Shown: positions 61,723 to 64,000 of the stretch, piece after piece
How positions within the stretch are numbered: position 1 is the first letter of the stretch
Layout: each line of letters starts with the position of its first letter
DNA from: an uncultured delta proteobacterium
GTDB lineage: Bacteria; Desulfobacterota; RBG-13-43-22
DNA: 64,000 nt
Direction: 5' to 3'
Assembly (NCBI GenBank): GCA_963790475.1
Contig: CAWBOS010000010.1
Location: forward strand, 1,920,001 to 1,984,000
The notes under the pieces: generated by a model
What the model saw: only the letters and a program-made list of their open reading frames with translations
The model's database searches: none
Told to the model about the DNA's origin: nothing
Made by a program: the position numbers and the translations under genes

Positions 61723-63702
61723 ATGAACAAATCATATAGAACACACCAGCAACTTTTGGATGAATTACAGGAACTCTCATCGCGGATGATGGAGGCTGAG
61801 GAAACCCTGCGTGCTATCCGAAGCGGTGAGGTGGATGGTCTGGTTGTCTCAACGGCGGAAGGAGATCGGGTCTTTACACTGATGGGTGCCGAGCATCCTT
61901 ACCGGGTCATGGTCGAAACCATGAACGAAGGGGCCGTCACTCTGGCGTCCGACGGCACGATCCTTTACTGTAACCAAAGTTTTGCAGATATCGTCAGAGG
62001 GTCTCTGGAAAAAGTAATAGGATCTTCAATCTACCAATATATTTCATCAACAGACCTTCAATTATTTAAGGCATTGATTGAGCAGGGTTTAAAGGGGAAC
62101 AGTAAGGGAGAACTGGCCTTACAGGCCGGAAGTGAAAATTCGGCACCTGTCTTACTTTCCGTAAGTGCCCTTCAGCGCACGGACATGCCAGGTACGGTGT
62201 GCGCCGTAATGGTGGACATCACCGAGCGCAAGAAGATGGAGGAGACGCTAAAGACTTCTGAAACTCGCTACCGCCGTCTCTTTGAAGCAGCCCAAGATGG
62301 AATATTAATCCTCAATGCCGAGACAGGACAAATAGTGGATGTTAACCCATTCTTGTTAGAAATGCTGGGTTATACACATGAGGAGCTTTTTGGGAAAAAA
62401 CTCTGGGAAATAGGCACGTTTAGAGATATTGAAGCATCGAAAGCCACCTCTGCGGAATTGAAGAGCAAAGGATATGTTCGCTACCATGATTTGCCGCTTA
62501 AGACGAAAGAAGGGCGGGAAATTTCCGTAGAATTTGTCAGCAATGTCTATCTGGTTAATCATCATGAAGTGATTCAGTGTAACATCCGCGACACCACTGA
62601 AAGGAAACTTACAGCAGAGGCTTTAAAAAAATCTCACAACGAACTGGAACGACAAGCTGTCGAACTTCGCACAGCTCTTTCTGAAATCCAAACCATGAAA
62701 GACCAACTGGAAGCCGAGAATATTTATTTCCGTCAAGAGAACAAAAGGAGACATCGATTCGACCATATTATCGGGCAAAGCGATGGTCTCAAGTATGTTC
62801 TCTATCGAGCGGAACAGGTCGCCCCTCAGGACACCACGGTCCTTATTCTCGGTGAGACCGGTACGGGAAAAGAACTGGTCGCCGCTGCCATTCATAACCT
62901 AAGCCCTCGCCGGGAACGACCCTTGATCACCGTCAACTGTGCCGCCCTGCCGGCCAATTTAATCGAGAGCGAATTGTTCGGCCGGGAGAAGGGGGCCTTT
63001 ACCGGGGCCGATACCCGGCAAGTCGGCCGGTTTGAGATCGCCCATGGTTCCACCCTTTGCTTAGACGAGATCGGGGAACTGCCTTTGGATTTACAGGCCA
63101 AGCTGCTCCGGGTGATCCAGCATAATGAATTTGAGCGCCTGGGCTCGTCCAGGACCATCAAAGTCAATGTGCGGATCCTGGCGACAACCAATCGAAACCT
63201 TGAGGAAGAGGTGCGCCACAGTCGGTTTCGCCAGGACCTTTACTATCGTCTCAACGTCTTCCCCATCACTGTCCCTCCTCTAAGGCAGCGGAAAGAAGAC
63301 ATCCCGCTGATGGTCCAGGCCTTCATAGAACGGTATTCTAAGAAATTGGGCAAACAGATCACGTCCATTCAGAAGGAAACGATGAAGGCCCTCCAGGATT
63401 ATCCCTGGCCCGGGAATGTCCGGGAGCTGGAAAGCATCATTGAACGGGCCGTGATACTGTGCCCCGGGCCGGTCTTGCATCTGGCAGATAAACTGGAAAT
63501 TTCATCCCCCCCACTCTCATCCCCCGTGAGAACCCTGGAAGGGACGGAGCGAAACCAAATTATTAAGACCCTTTCAGAAACCCGATGGCGAATCGAGGGA
63601 AAGGACGGGGCCGCAGCTATCCTGGGCCTCCACCCAAGCACCCTGAGAGCCAGAATGCATAAGCTCGGGATAGTCCGGCCGGAAACTAAACCCTCGGATT
63701 AG
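61723..63702 (+). CDS. PAS-PAS sigma-54 enhancer-binding protein
   Basis: Two PAS domains, GETGTGKE, GAFTGA, WPGNVREL, HTH; no receiver domain. Confidence 0.93.
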   Translation: MNKSYRTHQQLLDELQELSSRMMEAEETLRAIRSGEVDGLVVSTAEGDRVFTLMGAEHPYRVMVETMNEGAVTLASDGTILYCNQSFADIVRGSLEKVIGSSIYQYISSTDLQLFKALIEQGLKGNSKGELALQAGSENSAPVLLSVSALQRTDMPGTVCAVMVDITERKKMEETLKTSETRYRRLFEAAQDGILILNAETGQIVDVNPFLLEMLGYTHEELFGKKLWEIGTFRDIEASKATSAELKSKGYVRYHDLPLKTKEGREISVEFVSNVYLVNHHEVIQCNIRDTTERKLTAEALKKSHNELERQAVELRTALSEIQTMKDQLEAENIYFRQENKRRHRFDHIIGQSDGLKYVLYRAEQVAPQDTTVLILGETGTGKELVAAAIHNLSPRRERPLITVNCAALPANLIESELFGREKGAFTGADTRQVGRFEIAHGSTLCLDEIGELPLDLQAKLLRVIQHNEFERLGSSRTIKVNVRILATTNRNLEEEVRHSRFRQDLYYRLNVFPITVPPLRQRKEDIPLMVQAFIERYSKKLGKQITSIQKETMKALQDYPWPGNVRELESIIERAVILCPGPVLHLADKLEISSPPLSSPVRTLEGTERNQIIKTLSETRWRIEGKDGAAAILGLHPSTLRARMHKLGIVRPETKPSD

Positions 63703-63858
63703 GAAGTCCGGCACCCCTCAAAATTTCCCTCAATATATGGAGGTTCCACTAAATATGGAGGTCCAACACATCCATTCGACCTTCTTTGCTATTCCCCCCT
63801 TACAATAAAACCCTGCGATATCAGGCCTGATTCCAAGCTTTTTCTTTTTTCTGATTTT

Positions 63859-63874
63859 TGGCAACCTCTTTGCA
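63859..63874 (+). promoter_or_regulatory. sigma-54 promoter
   Basis: TGGCAACCTCTTTGCA; upstream repeated ATATGGAGGT at 63735 and 63753. Confidence 0.75.
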
Positions 63875-63887
63875 TTAACTATTCTCT

Positions 63888-64000
63888 ATGATCCTGGTCG
63901 TCATACGCATGAAGGTGCTTCCCGAGAAGCACCTGGAGTTGTCGCAGACGATTGCTTCCCTGATCAGCTCCATAAGGGCGGAGAAAGGTTGCCGGCGTTG
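63888..64000 (+). CDS. ABM (antibiotic biosynthesis monooxygenase)-like protein, 3' truncated by window
   Basis: MILVVIRMKVLPEKHLELSQTIASLISSIRAEKGC pattern. Confidence 0.65.
   Translation, partial: MILVVIRMKVLPEKHLELSQTIASLISSIRAEKGCRR

Overview
Chromosomal window from a bacterium whose gene order and intergenic repeats look like Desulfobacterota/Deltaproteobacteria (inference). 1-22.8 kb is housekeeping: hslU, argBDFGH, a lipoprotein, lysA-dapF-dapB-dapL, frameshifted folK, fsa/tal, slt, pgsA, csp, rph, rdgB, tRNA-Pro, murJ, two toxin-antitoxin pairs, and many heptamer/REP/MITE-like intergenic repeats. A ~21 kb decaying genomic island sits in tRNA-Leu(UAA), bounded by a 58-bp direct repeat (22840-22897 = 43697-43754), with a broken integrase. 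It carries an internally deleted recD2, two csp copies (one with an amber stop), a PEP-CTERM gene, DUF72, a PolB2-like polymerase, a membrane-anchored RDD/TerY/PP2C/kinase (TerY-P) locus whose kinase has a Sel1 cassette between 103-bp direct repeats, and a SAM-I/IV-type riboswitch upstream of an unknown gene, an ADP-ribosylglycohydrolase and a TPR gene. Further right are nadA, a UbiB-family kinase, LysR plus selenocysteine-containing selD, and a sigma-54 two-component module with diheme cytochrome c. A second tRNA-derived att-like site precedes a kaiC-kaiB-kaiB cluster followed by a PAS/sigma-54 activator. All calls come from reading motifs by eye; no database searches were run.
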